Source of the DNA: Rhynchobatus australiae
Lineage: Eukaryota
Direction: 5' to 3'
DNA length: 64,000 bases
Assembly (NCBI GenBank): GCA_034780895.1
Contig: JAUZTB010000048.1
Coordinates: 14,055,718-14,119,717, forward strand
The position numbers and the translations under genes were made by a program. Shown in pieces: positions 23,686-37,429 of this stretch. Under the pieces are notes generated by a model. The model saw only the letters and a program-made list of their open reading frames with translations, did not search any database and had not been told where the DNA came from. How positions within the stretch are numbered: position 1 is the stretch's first letter; each line of letters begins with the position of its first letter.

Positions 23686-25919
23686 TAATATGTTCAACAC
23701 ACAGCAATTAAGAATCAAATGTCAATTCATAGTTAACACCAAACTGTCAAAAAATCCAACCTGTCTGTAATGCCATAAAATAGGTGGCCAGAGGGGATAA
23801 GCACCCACATTTAGAAATTATTCAACTCTACTTGCAGTGTAATGTATGCCTCCCAGGAACTCATGAGTCTGCTTTACATCGGCTATGGGGACATGCATTA
23901 TCCAGCCTTTGTAAATCAGGGCATTCCAAAAAACAGATGTCCATTCCCTGTAGACACCCACACTGCTTTTTTTCTGACAGTTCAGTTCAGATGATGGTTC
24001 GCTTCGTCTTAACTGAATTCCACAACACAACAGTTGTCATATTTGATTTGTCATATTCAATTAAGTTTATTTGTAATACCCTGAACAGTTTGACAGGTTC
24101 AAATAAGCAGAAGAGAATGATGCACAAGTTTCCATTTTAAAAATTTAGACTATATTGGCCAACAAAAAGGGTACTACCTTTTTCGAGTGTATCATCTGGA
24201 TAAAATAACATTTGACAGCACACAGATGTCACTCGAAGTTTTAGTACATTAAGTAAGGGCTTCTGCATACAAGGAAGAATAGGGACTACCAGTGGAGAGC
24301 ATTTTACACTGCCAGTGGTGTGGCTGCATTTTAAGTGTTGTTGACCATTGACACAATATTTTTCCAAGCCAGGTAAAACGTGGAAGACAGTAAAGCCTCA
24401 AACTTGCCTGTTTTAGAAGTAGCTAGATCACTAAAAACAGTGGAAAATACCTGTTTACTGTTAGCAGGAAGATTTCACTGAATGAACCTCACAGTGATAA
24501 ATCCATTTCAAACAAATGGATAGTCAGGAACCTTCCTGCTGCCGTTTCCTATTGAATGCTTCAGATCATGACCACTCTTGTTTTCAAAAGGAGGTTTGCA
24601 TTAGACATTAATACTGTCTAAATATTAAAGTATGAATCATAATTATTACAGTTTATTAAATGACAGATTCAATAATCTNNNNNNNNNNNNNNNNNNNNNN
24701 NNNNNNNNNNNNNNNNNNNNNNNNNNNNNNNNNNNNNNNNNNNNNNNNNNNNAGCATATTGGGCCTTATAAGGAGTCAGGATATGGAAAATCAGAGGAAT
24801 ACTTGGAGGAAAATTATCCTTAAGGAATATCAGAACAAAATGGAATTTTCCATTGTAATTTAGTTATCCAAGGAGAGTGAATTAATTACGATTGTTTTCT
24901 CTCAGATAGAATTATTTCCAACTGTTGCCTACTGTTCACCTTTACTAATTAACAGGACTTTGTCAGCTCTAAAGTTATGTAGTGTCCTTACACTTGGTGT
25001 ATAAAAATTGGCTGATTGTTTCATAAGTGTGCAGATTAAACAAGTAGGTGGCACATTGGTAGATGCAAATTAACTTACGAAGAGTCACATTTGGATGTAT
25101 TCAATATTCAATCCAGATTTATGTAATTAAAAATATTTTCTTTCCTGGGGTAAAACATGGTAACACTTTGGGGTCTTTCTATATTGCTCCAGGAGTTTGA
25201 CCGGACACTTCACTCTTGCGCTCTTGACACAATCCCAGCATCAATCGGGTGCGAGAGCGCTCATTCACCATGCAGTACTTCTTATGTAGCATTGTGGAGA
25301 CATTTAGACCCAGTTGTCTGATCATTGGTCACTCCCAGGATAACTAAGCCTTTACACTGTTGTGCTGAGTTGGGATCGCTGTGAGCTCAGCCTACCCCTA
25401 CTACAATCCCCAATGTCACCATGAACACTCCTTCCCCACACCACCCAATTCCCAGGCCTTGACTTCCTGACCTTCTAATTCTCCTCCGTCCTCTTCCCAA
25501 CCTCATTTGTCCTTTTAAATCCAGCTCTCTGATCTTCTTGACACTCTTTCCGAACCAGTGAACCCCTGAAGACACCAGTGGAGATGCAAAACCCACCCAC
25601 ACCAACCACTTATCTGATTGCTTCCCTTGGCCTCCCAGGTCCAAGGCCTTGATGTCTGACTTGCCTCGGCTCCAAACTAAAGCACCGATCAGTCCAAAGT
25701 ATGTGCACCCAACCAACATCCTCTGACCCAAAGGACTGGTGTTTCCAGATTCCCTGCTCTTCTGACTATATTAGAGAAACTGGGCCTCAATGCCAATCCT
25801 CCCTGCCCAGACTCTCTCCCTGCCTCCTACTAAACCTGTCCCCGGGCTCACTAATTCACATTGTCTGCAACTGAATTTTGTAGCACAGACCTATGATTAA
25901 CATGGAAAAGCAAATTATA

Positions 25920-28900
25920 AATGTGGTTGTGATAAGGGACTGCAAAAGTAGGTGGACAGATCGAGTTCTGTGCAGTCAAGAACCAGAATCCCAAAGGGCT
26001 TCTTGCCTTCCTCATGCCAGGGTCCCAGTTGCTGGAGAAGAACCTGGAAAGTGAGGGAGTAAATCCAGTTATCAGGATCCATGTTAGAATTAATGGCACA
26101 GGTTGCAACAAGGGCGAGGTCCTGCCGAAAGAGTTTCAGAAGTTTGCCTCTAAATTGAAAAGAGAGCTAAGTGGCAAACAAGAGAACAAACCCATGGAGA
26201 AAGAGAGGTTCCTTCTCAAGAGATTCTGACACCTGTTCTGGGACAGAAAGGAGCTTTACCAATGGGATGGACTCTGCCTGAACTCAGAAGGGACTAGTGG
26301 CCTAATTTGGGAAGTGGTAAAGCCTTGTAAAGAGGGAGAAGTGGGAAGGAAGTGGTGGCAGGGTGTGCAAGAAGGGCTCGACAAGAAACACAAGCAGTCT
26401 GAATATATAAGTAAAACAGAAAAAGAAGTAACAGAAGAGAATAACACAGGGAACAGCACTGATGGCAAGGGATCCAATATACAGCAAGAGACTATAAGAT
26501 GGTTGTCCATAAAGTGAGAGGAAGTCCTATAAAAAAAATATGAGTTAAACTGCTCGGCAAAGTGTACAGTATCCATAATAAAGCAGGAAAGCTGGAGTGA
26601 TTGTGCATTGGGTGGAACCACACAGGGATTACTGGGGCATGACTACAGAAGAATCAGGATTGGGAATTAAGTTGCAGGGTATGATGCAAGTAGAAAATAT
26701 AGAGAGGGATAGAGCAGCAGTCCTTGTAAGGGCTAACATAAAGGTAGTAGAGCAAGTGGACAAAGGAAGTCGATGGTATACAAATTGAAATATATAATAA
26801 TTCCACGAATAGGCATAATCTCCAGGTGACCTAAAAGTGAAAGGAGGAAGAGGAAGAAATTAAGTAAATAAAAATAATAAATAATAACAATAGATATATT
26901 TCATCCACCTCAATATTAGTTGGAGAGAAGAGGTAGGAATTCATGATAAGGGAATGGAGTTCCTTGAGTGTACGTGGGACTGCTTTCGAACCTCATATAG
27001 AATATAAGGAAAATGGGAGATGAGCTAATGGATTTAGTCATGAGAATAAACCAAAGCAGGTAAGAGAGATTAAATAGGGGATTATCTAGGCAATAGAGAT
27101 CATAATATAATGTGCTTTAACACGATTGTGACAGAAATAGGTTAATAAATTGGAGAAAAGCTTCTTTGGAGAGTCTGAGATGGAATTGAGAAGATAAAAT
27201 TAACAACATTGTCAAACGATGCAGAGAAACAATGGGAAATATTTAAAATGGTATTCAACAGACTGTGGGGAAAACTATGTTTTGTTAAAATTAAAGAACA
27301 CTCATGGATGAATAAAACCAAAAGGGAACAATTTAGGATGAGGAAAGAGACATATTAAGTGTGTAGAAAACAGAGGAATGCATGATGAGAGAGAATAGAA
27401 AAGGATTAAGAGAGACCAAAAAGCAATTAGGAAGGCAAAAGGGAATTCTAAAGTTAAATTATTAAGAACACAAGGCAAACACAAGAGAGGTTCCTTGGGA
27501 TGGGGGGAGGCCACTGGGAGATAGGTAAGACAATAACACAGGTAACAATAGGGAGATGCCACAAATAATCAATCATATAGCAGGGAGATATAGCAGGTGG
27601 ATAAGACATTGGCTGATGTGATGAATAATGAAATAAGTGCATTTAAAACAGGGAAAAATATTAAATAACTAGGCTCAAGGAAGATAAAAACCCTGGGCCA
27701 GATGGATTCCATTCATTTATTTTAAAAGAATTGAGAAAGAAGAGTAGCAAATCACAGTGGGGAAAAAAAATGAGTAGTGGTTCCACAAGGATCAATTAGA
27801 AAAAGGTATAGTGCCAGAGGGTCAGTGGATAACTAATGAAATATCTTTATTTAAGATGGAGCTGGAACATGTTCAGGGAAAAGTAGTGGAATCCTTGTTG
27901 AAGAAGAGCATAAAAGAACACTTAGAAATGAAAAGTATAATAAATGTATTGTCCAGGTGGAGTTAAGAATAAAAGTTCTCGCTTGACCAACTTTTCAAAT
28001 TTTTGTAAAGGTAACAGAAAGTAGGCAATGATAATGCAGAGGATATGAGCTATCTAGATTTTCAAAAGGTCCCTGATAAGATACCCTGTAATAGATAATA
28101 CATGCCAAAGCATGAACATTCAGGGATAAGTGGCAGGATGGATTGTTTAGTGGCTTCAGGACAGAAGTCAATGAACAGGAGTGAAGGGTAGCGATTCACT
28201 GTGGAAAAGAAGGATCAATGCTGTGATCACTGTGGTTCACAGTTTAAATTAATGATTTAGACTTTGGAATGAAAACTATAATTTCTAACTATGTGGAGAA
28301 TATCAAATTGTGGGAGATGGTTAATCCTGAGGAGACTGCAGCAAATTACAGGAGGACATCAACTTTCAGAATGGGCAACTGATTGGCAAATGAAGTTCAA
28401 TCCAGATAAGTGTGAAGTTGATCTTTGGTAGAAGGAATCAGGAGGTCACTTTTAACTTGAAAGGTGTGAGCTTAGGTGGAACAAGGGCCTTTTGGAGTGT
28501 AAAATGAAATTACTAAAAAAATTGTACCACATAGCTGTCAGAAAGGTAAACCAAGCACTAGGGTTTATCTGTGGAGGGATAGAATCGACAGGTAGAGAAA
28601 TTATGCTAAACCTGTATCAGTTCTTGATTAGACCGTGCACGGAGTACTTTGCATATTTCTGGTCACCAGCCACACCCACATATTTCTCATAATACAAGAG
28701 CCTACTCATCCCATTGAGCTTTTGCTGGCTGTCAGAGCAATCCCATCTGTCCAATTCTACAACTTATTCCCTGTAATATATTCTCTCTCGTATTCCATCA
28801 GATCCACCCTGATTCTCCTACAAGTGAGGTAATACATGTGAGATAATTTTCCCACTACATGTGGGATAATTTACAGTAGCCAATTAATCCACCAACCAAC

Positions 28901-29510
28901 TCGTCTTTGGGATGTGAGAGGAAACAGGAGCACTGGGTGGATCCCACGTGGTCAAAGGGAGAACGAGCAAACTCTGCACAGACAGCTTTGGAGGTCAGGA
29001 TTGAACCTGGATCACAGAAACTGTGAGGCAGCTTCACCCTTATATTACAAAGTGTACAGAGGCATTGGAGTGGGTGAATAGTGCAGAAAGACTATTTGGG
29101 AATATGAGGGATATAGTAGAGGGATGAACAAGTTGGGCCTGCTGTTAGTGAAGATGGCTGAGGGGCAACTCACTTGGGATCTTTGAAATTATGAGTCATG
29201 AAAAGAAAAAGAATGTTTCCAATTGTGAGGAAGTGCATAATGAGAGGTCGTTAATATAAGGTAGCTGCTAAGAAATCTGATAGGGAAATCAGAGGAGACT
29301 CCTGAATCAAAGAGTGATGAGAACAGGTCATGCTTGAAGCAAACAGTACACATCCACTTAAGGGAAGGCTGGAGAAACACATGAGAGAGAAGGGGAAAAG
29401 CAGTTACATTGACAGTTTTAGATGAGGAAAAACCATAAGAGACTTGAATGGAGCAGAAATGCCGGCATAGTCTGGCTGATCGGAATGGCCCATTTCAGAA
29501 CTCTCTGTAA
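25920..29510 (+). mobile_element. Near full-length decayed CR1 LINE (ORF1 SGNH-esterase-like region + ORF2 endonuclease/RT), with a nested SINE at 28690-29035
   Basis: ORF1: VIRDCK, GTDRVLCSQ, CLPHARV, LEKNLESEGVNPVIRIHV, FWDRKELYQWDGL. ORF2: KNPGPDGFH (~27690), YLDFQK (~28050), WQMKFNPDKCEV (~28385), RPCTEYFAYFWSP (~28630). Tail to ~29510. Confidence 0.88.
28690..29035 (-). mobile_element. tRNA-derived V-SINE (HE1-type)
   Basis: Reverse complement of the V-domain (tctttgggatgtgagaggaaacaggagcac...gggagaacgagcaaactctgcacagacagc) and B-box (ttgaacc). Confidence 0.88.
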
Positions 29511-29852
29511 CTTCTATAAGTTAGCCAAGTTATGCAAGTTTGGAATATAAATGCAAGAGCTGGGTAAGCAGTTTGACAGAGCAGTTTAATTTCAGGTTAC
29601 TTTGGTTAGGTGGTAAGAATCTTGAAAAAAGTTCAACAACCAATCATTAGTACTGGAATTGAGATGAAGGGTTGAGATGAGGGTTTTTGGTTTCAGTGAG
29701 AGTCAGTGTTAACCTGGGCCATGTCCTCTGACTGGTGGAGTGTTAACTGAAAAGTTAATCAAAATTTGTCTTAAAAAGAAATATTGTGTGGATTGTCAAA
29801 ACTTGGAACATCTCATTCTGAATGTGGAGGCATGTATCTGAGAGGGACATGG

Positions 29853-30264
29853 GGCTGTATTTTTTCTTAAGTGGTGAAGGGACTGTGCTCGTTCATTTTA
29901 GTGATAGCATCCCACAGACTTTTCATGGGCTTGTCAGCAAAGATTTCTCCCAACTCAGCACCTTTTCCAGTGCAGATCTCTTTACAGGGAGTCCATGATG
30001 TGTGTGAATAGAACAAACACCAACAGGGTTCCTTCACTAATCTGATTGAAGATATTATGTGTCCAAGGCAGAAAGTAGAATAAAGAATGAAAAGTACAAA
30101 TGGGTTTAAAGTAGTGATATAATGGAAGACCAGTTAGTAATTAAACATAATTAACAGAAAAAGTATAATGCTTCCTTTTTCCTCATGTGCCTTGTGAAAT
30201 TAATTATTCTTGGTCTTCAGAAGTTGTTGCAATTATTATTTACCACTGCATTAAAAGTTCAGCC
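29853..30264. mobile_element. Putative Harbinger-type MITE
   Basis: Imperfect ~26-nt terminal inverted repeats: ggctgtattttttcttaagtggtgaa versus the right-end reverse complement ggctgaacttttaatgcagtggtaaa. Confidence 0.4.
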
Positions 30265-31019
30265 ATTCCTGAATGTACCAGCCCTCTCCATTCAGCTCGC
30301 TTTAGTATCGGATTAGTGTGAAGCATAACAAGTTAGGCTTTTGAAATCAGTGCTTTGAGGAAAACTGCAAACGCATGCCCTGTGAAGGACCAGGATACCT
30401 CGAAAGCAGTTTATAGATTTCCACACTCAACTTGCTTAAACTTTGGAAGCTGCAGTGAGTACTGACGGCCTCCCAATGATTCGTACTGAAAGTTTCATGT
30501 CATAATCTTAAGAATTTGAACTAAGCCACTTTAAAAATGAATCTAGGAAAAAACACATAAAATGTTATTGAATATTTTACTCCAAAAGATCATGGATGCG
30601 AGTGTTTAAAGGGCAAATGTTTATTTATTTGAGAAGGATTGCTAAATTTTTGTGATGTTTTGCACCAAAATCTTTTTGAGTTCTGCTCCACTCCCTGTGA
30701 GTCTTTTACTTACTCAGACATCGAGTTAAAGATCATGTGTTCAGACAAATGATAAACCAACTCTATGCATTTTGTTTCAGCTTAATGTTTTCCCTCAGTT
30801 GATCTTCCTTGACTTTGGACATCAGACTAACATGTGTTTTAATGGTCAAGTTAAGTTATTACATATTAAAAGATTAAGTGAATGGTAATTACGGCACAAC
30901 AGAAAATATGTGCTATCTCCTTAAGTATGTAGGAAGTAACTAATAGTTATAACTATGCGTTCCAATGCAGCAATTCTTTTTGTTTTTTCGTCTGTCATTT
31001 TCTGAAGGGCTCGAATGGG

Positions 31020-31500
31020 CTCTCTGATTAGAAGCAGCTGGGCTGAAAATTAATTTCCAGAAAACAGCTGGGTACAAACAAATTCAGCTAACTGCTAAAT
31101 TCAAAAAGAAGCTGTCAATCAAACCTAATCAAACTATTTCCACCAGATGTTTGTATTTGAATTGAAATGTTACAACTATTGTATCAGATTAAATGAGGGC
31201 TGTGTTTCCTGTCAATAAGCATGGCTTATACTTTCTATGTACTAGACCTCTAAGACATCAATGATGTGACGAAAGGGTTCACTTACCACCCCATTAAAAA
31301 CTCACCTGAATGCACCAGCCTTAACCTTTTTGCATTCTTTTGTGTGAGACCATTGGGCAGTTACAGCTAATCAGGTAATTGCAGTCATGTCAGTGCTGAG
31401 CCTTTGTTGAAGTGCACCGAGGAGAAACATTGTATCTCCACCCATCTCACCCCATCATTACTGCATTCAGTACTTACATGCTGTCAAAAAAAAGCAGTAT
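31020..31500. promoter_or_regulatory. Candidate enhancer with a perfect PBX-MEIS/PREP decamer
   Basis: CTGTCAATCA (=TGATTGACAG) 31112-31121, CTGTCAATA 31209-31217, several TAAT cores, CCTTTGTT (SOX) near 31401; no repeat similarity recognised. Confidence 0.45.
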
Positions 31501-31964
31501 CAGATGTTTGTTACATACCTCTGCCAGTTTTTATTTCCAGTGAATTCACATCTTGTGCTGGCAGAAATTTGGAAGTATTGTATTTTGAAGGATCTTCCTC
31601 CATATAACCATAAGACCATTCTGATGGTTTTTGTGCAGATCAGAATGAGCATTGGTACCGGTGATGATGCTAACAGATTATGTAAAATCTCAATTACTCT
31701 CAACATTTAACATCAGCATTTGTTTTCCCATGTATTCCCTCATACTATGTACCGTGCTTGTGCATTTTGACATGCTCGATGTGACAGGCCTGTGTTTATG
31801 CCATGGATGAAGTACTCGGCGTAGTCTGGTTAATGCAGGAAGGGCGAATTAAACAAGAGCAGCATCTATTCAAATTGGTTTCTTCTGTGTGGGAATCAAC
31901 TGGACAATTTACAATTTTGTCCATGTTGGAATCATTTTTACCCTCAGATGTGAAGCCTGCAATC

Positions 31965-32165
31965 TCTTTGAGCTGCCAGAGAAAGTGGTTGAGGAAAGTA
32001 CAATAACAATATTTGAAAAACATTTGGATAAGCACATGGATAGGAGGGGTTTAGAGGGATATGGGCCAAATGCAGGTAAGTGGGACTAGCTTGGGACTAC
32101 CACCATGGTCATCATGGATGAGTTGGGCCTATTAGCCTGTTTCCATGCTGTATTACTCTATGACT
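31965..32165 (+). mobile_element. CR1 LINE 3' end
   Basis: ELPEKVVEESTITIFEKHLDKHMDRRGLEGYGPNAGKWD followed by the cctgtttccatgctgtattactctatgact tail. Confidence 0.9.
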
Positions 32166-33434
32166 CAACTTTCTCTCTCTCTTCAGGCTGAGACATATTA
32201 ATTATTTTTAATGCTGGACCTCTGCCATTGATTGCTTTCTTGAATATGTGGTCTATCTTGGCTGTACTTTTCCATGGCTGTGTGGAAGCTTGCCAAGTGG
32301 TTTGATGAGTCTCACTGTCAATGCAGCTGGTGTGCTGTGGACTACCTTATATTGCTGGTGTCTGGTATGGCATTCATACTAACTCTTCAAGTTGCCTTGC
32401 AAATATTCTTTTGTTCACTTTTGGAAAACCTGGTCAGATAAGCTTCAGTTTCAGTCACAGTCTGTTGCCCTTCTGTCCTTGCCAAGTTAACTTCCCTGAC
32501 CATGTCTCTAGTGTTTCGCATTTACGGACTATGCTCTATATGTCCATATAATAGCTGTAATTCAAAGAGCCAACACCTTGTTAATTGTTGGGTATCTGCC
32601 ACAACCAGGCAATAAATACTTTACTTCAGTCATTGAAATTCTGCTCAGTACTTGTGCACATCTTTGATATCAGTTTGACGTCAAGCTTGTCACCCAGCTT
32701 GTTTGCTTGAGGATGGTACAGTGGAATTGAAGTTGTTTTGTTTGACACAGTTGCCATAAATAAATGATTAGCTGAAATGTGAAGTTAGCATTTTCATTGG
32801 ACAACACTCTTCTGGGAAGCCAAATTGGGAGACTATTTCTAACAGTTAATTGGCCACAGAATGTGTGTCCAGAGAGCAAGAGTTATCACATTTAGGGATC
32901 AAGATTCATACATGATTTACCATGGTTAATACGTACAATTTCCATAACTGAGATATAACCATTATATGGTCAACGCTATTCATACAGACACATGAAAATC
33001 CAGATAAAATGGTTAGAGGTTGTCATGGAATTCTTTATGATCCACGGTTTTACCCATTTGGTGATATTGGTAACAGCTCTCAAAAAAAAACTCAGGCATA
33101 ACCTTGAAATGAAGATGCACCAACTATGGCCTGTGGACAACATCTTTGTGGAAGAACCAGATACAGGTTGATAGGCAGTTCTAGATTAGGAATACTGCAT
33201 TGTAGGTATAACATGAGTATGATTCTGGTGGGAATGGCTCTGTACTACTGGATTGGTACAGGTCTGTTGCTGTGTAATGTTGGGGGAGGCTACTGGTGGG
33301 CATAGGTCTTTTTCAGTTTTAAAGATCTCTTTTTAGAATTGATACGAGGATAAGAATGAATCTTTGATCACCAGTTCTGCCCCAGCCTCCCTCCCAGATT
33401 CCACTCTTGTCAGAATCGGATGTATGTATGTGAG

Positions 33435-33775
33435 TAGAATCATCGTCATTCAGCACGGAAAAAGGCCTTTCGGCCCACTGAGTCCATGCCAACCACCATC
33501 CATCAAGCTCCCATATATGCTAATCCTATTTTATTTTGCTCGTGTACCCAGATCAAATGCCCCCAGATTTCACCATGCACATACACACTAGGGGCAATCT
33601 ATTAACCTATTAACATTAACATGTCAACCTGCTTGTGTTTGGGTGTAGGAGGAGAACCATGCAGTTGCAGGGAGAACTTGCAAACTCCACACAGACAGCA
33701 CCTGAGGTCAGGATCAAACCCTGGTTGCTGGAGGTGGGAGGCAGCAGGTCTAATTGCTGCACCTCTCCATCACCC
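33435..33775 (-). mobile_element. V-SINE (HE1-type) with CR1-derived tail
   Basis: aggccttcggccca tail; gggagaacttgcaaactccacacagacagcacctgaggtcaggatcaaacc. Confidence 0.88.
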
Positions 33776-33799
33776 CTGCTCCTCAGTGGGTGCCCCAAT

Positions 33800-34112
33800 T
33801 AGCATGGAAACAGGCTCTTCAGCCACCCAGTCCACACTGACCATCAAGAACACATTTACATTAATCTTACTTTATTCTCCCTACATTCCCATCAACTGAC
33901 CCCAGATTCTACCCTACACTTGCCCACTAGGGGCAATTTACAGTGGCCCATAACCCACAAATCCGCTTGTCACCGGGACGTGGGAGGAAACTGAAGCATC
34001 TGGGGGAAATTACAGGGAGAACATGCAAACTCCACACAGACAGTGCCAAAGGGCAGGATCGAACCTGGACTGGTGCAGCTGTGAGCCAGCAGCTCTACCA
34101 GCTGTGCCACCC
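33800..34112 (-). mobile_element. V-SINE (HE1-type), tandem second copy
   Basis: agcatggaaacaggc tail; gggagaacatgcaaactccacacagacagtgcc...gatcgaacc. Confidence 0.88.
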
Positions 34113-34649
34113 TGTGTACTTGAAGGATTCCCAGATAAAGCTGTTGTTGCAGTGCGGTGGTTATTGGGGATGGACAGGGAGGAAATGTGTCTGGTTTCCT
34201 GACTTAAAGGAGTGGGAAATGTTTTCCCTCTGAGAGGAAGGTGCGAACAACCAGCTTTAAAGAAGACACTTAACTTTAATGTCTGTTTTCTGAATGACAT
34301 GGAGAGCTGCCTTTAGGTATCCTTCTGAATGCGGAGTTTATCTGTGCTGCATGTGCTCCACAGGGTCCTAGTGGCTGCTGACTTTTGATTGGATAATTCA
34401 AATAAAAAGAAAACTTTCTCCTCACTAAACAGAGGGATGTTCAAGTGCTTGTACAAGGAGCATGGGAGATGTAGAAAAGAGTACTGCAGATGATGGCAGT
34501 GTGAAGTATTAGAAATACATAGCATTTATAGATTTAAACATATTTAATGTTTCAGGTCAATGCCTTTTCAGGTCATCAATTTGAAGATAAATTCTGTTTT
34601 CACAACCGCTAGTATTTTGTTTAGTGATTGTGAATGTTGAGATTGTTGG

Positions 34650-34945
34650 CGAGATGGTGAGGACACCAGAGGTGTGAGTGGAGCAATGAACAGCCAGCGC
34701 CCAGGGCAGTGGGAAAAGGTTGATGAGGAGGCGCCCGATCAGCAGAGAGGGGGCTTCGAGGAGGCAGTGGACTGGCAATGTGAAGCTTTGAGTGGAGGAG
34801 TGAGGGGGAGGAGGGTGGAAGAATGAGGGGCAGTGAATGAGGAGTGGGGGGGAACGATGGATTGAGAAGTGAGGGGTGGTGGGGAGGAGTGAGAGTTGAA
34901 TGAAGGGGTAATGAATGGAGCTGGAGGGAGGCAGTGAGGGAGCAT
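34650..34945. repeat. GA-rich low-complexity tract
   Basis: Strong purine/G skew with degenerate gagg/gtgag units. Confidence 0.6.
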
Positions 34946-37429
34946 CAAGAACCGTGGCATTTGCGTCGTTCGGCATGATTAAAATATCATTCCAATGGCT
35001 CCATTACAATATCAGTATCTGGTTATGAATGGTTAAAATTTAATGCTTGGAAGCGTGCCTTGGATTATAGATCAAGCTCTCCCCACGAAAACATTCTGCC
35101 CCACAGCCTTAGAGATCTTCAGCTAGTGAAAAGTTCTTCAGATTGAAGTTGTTTTTGTTTACTTCACCCACTGATATCCTGCAAGGGGATGCTGGGAATC
35201 TTTCAGTCTGCCAGCAGTGCTGCTGTCTGCCAGATACTGTCACCTATCTGGTTTTGATTTGAATATCAGATAAAACACTTCTCCTCACATCATTCCATTT
35301 ATCAACATTGAGTTCTTGATTCTTGAGGTGACCTAAGCTCACACAGCTTCTGTTGTGCTGCCAGATGCTGAGACTGCCTGTTCAGAACATTCAAGTTCTT
35401 GAAGTGTGAGGTAAAGTACCAGGAGTCCTCGGCTGTTTTACACGTTTGTGCGGTTGGGAATCACTGTAACAGCAACAGTTTCCTGATACCTGGACCTGTG
35501 TCTTAGATGCTGTCTGAACTGAGCTTGCTGTTGCAGGCTTGGCATGGAGCCATTGTTTTGCCTGAGACTCTGTACCAGCCCTACAGTCTCTCCTTTAGGT
35601 AAATTAGCCACAATGGCCCATCATTCAGATTATTTCTCAGCAGAACAGTGGGTGCCCATCCTTTCACTTGCAACCATGACTGAAATTCCACCCATACATT
35701 AGCGGACCACTTGAGAACATGGATAAGAGGTTTTCTACCTGCTAAGCTGTTTCATCCTACATGCAGTTATAATGTATGCACACTATTACTTAATCATTAA
35801 GTGATCACCAAGGCAAGGCGAAGTAATGGTGTCACATCAAACACAGTTGCGTCCCTGTTCATTCTTCCCAGTTTCCCTGGGCAAGCTGCCTGTAAAATGG
35901 CCCACTTTTGCACAATTAGAGTACTTGAGCTTTTTGACAACTTACCGCACTGTATTCACCATTGATTCTCATTAAACAATTCCCTTCTGGGCCACCTCTA
36001 TTTATTTATACTAACATAGTAATATTGGTATTGGTGTCAAAAAAGTGCGCAGCAGAGAATTGTCAAATGTTGACTGTAAATAGTGTTTGAAAATAAAAGA
36101 TTTTTACAGCTAATAGGCATTGCTACCAAAACTATGCTGATAAAAAGAAGTTATCTATATTTAGTTTATTGATAATAGGAAGAAATAACTACATTTTATT
36201 TCAGTGCAGTATTGAAAAGAAGTTGCATATTCTAGCCTTTGTTAAGGAGAGGAAGGACAAAGGGGGATGGAGTAAGAAATAGGCCTAGAAATGTGGGTAA
36301 GAAGAGTGCTTGTTATTTTTTGAAGACGTGCTTAAATTTTTGATATAAACAAGCCAATGTGCATTCTGACTTGGATCTTGCATTGTTGGCAAGTCTTGTT
36401 CAAGTTGGCACTTAGTCCCAAGTACAATCCATTTACAACTGCGGGCGATCAGCAGTCTAAAACTCCCATTCTAAAATGCATTTAAACCTTCTCATCTACC
36501 AGTGCAGGTCTGACTCCATCCATTACACTGCACCGATGTAGCTACGCTGGTAAATACTGTAAATTGAAGCTCTTGCAGCGGCAGCAAAACAGTCCACATA
36601 CTCTGGGTATTCTAAAACTAGGATTTCACTTTGCACATGGTATTTGCATTACATCCTGGCTTATACATTTTGCATGTGTGCCACTTTGCAGAATGATGCT
36701 TTGAATTTATGTGCAAAATCAGGCAGCAATGAAGAGAAAAAGATTTGTTTAATGCTTATTCCAGCTCCCTTGATGTATCAGAATGGTAACATTTCACCAA
36801 GTTTTCTTAATGCCGATGAAATAACCCAATTACCATTATTCATAATTACAGGGGCACAATATGCAATCAGATACATCGGGTAGGCAGCCTACTGCCCGGC
36901 ATCATCCATTGACACTCATTAAATGACCACCGGGAGGCACAGGAGAATTATTTAAATGATCTATGCATGTACATACCCTCCCTCCTGAAGCGTGGTGTCC
37001 TTTGCTTACTGCTGTTGCACCTGACAGTCCAGCTTTGTGTGAAGGTTGCGAAAGTGCCCATTAGCTTTATAAGTTGTTAGGCATTTACTTAGGAGAAAAA
37101 TTGTAATTGTTTCCCTTGCATTTGAGCTGGGTGACAGGTTGAAGATAATTGTAGATCTAAATGTCATCCTCAGTTGGATTCTGTTCAAAATGCATCAGAC
37201 TCTCAAACTTCTTTTGAATTGTTAGAAGTAGAATAAAATATATCATTGGTAATGGTATGGTGCCACAGTCAAGATTAGTTGACATTGGTCTTTTGTACAA
37301 ATAAAAGAGTGTCATTAACCCAGTGCTGGTGATGCTGCAGTCTGTCTATTCTCTGTATTTTTTTAAACTTGTATGTGCAGCACTGTATAATAATTCAGTA
37401 TTCTCTCAATGGTTCTTTGAGATTAACAA

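Noticed and set aside
25150-25870. GC/C-rich segment as an exon or promoter
   Set aside because: No splice-bounded ORF or recognisable protein. It may be transposon-derived, but I cannot assign a family.
34790-34945. G-quadruplex, or the proline-rich ORF on the minus strand
   Set aside because: Low-complexity GA-rich sequence with long loops; the ORF is a compositional by-product.
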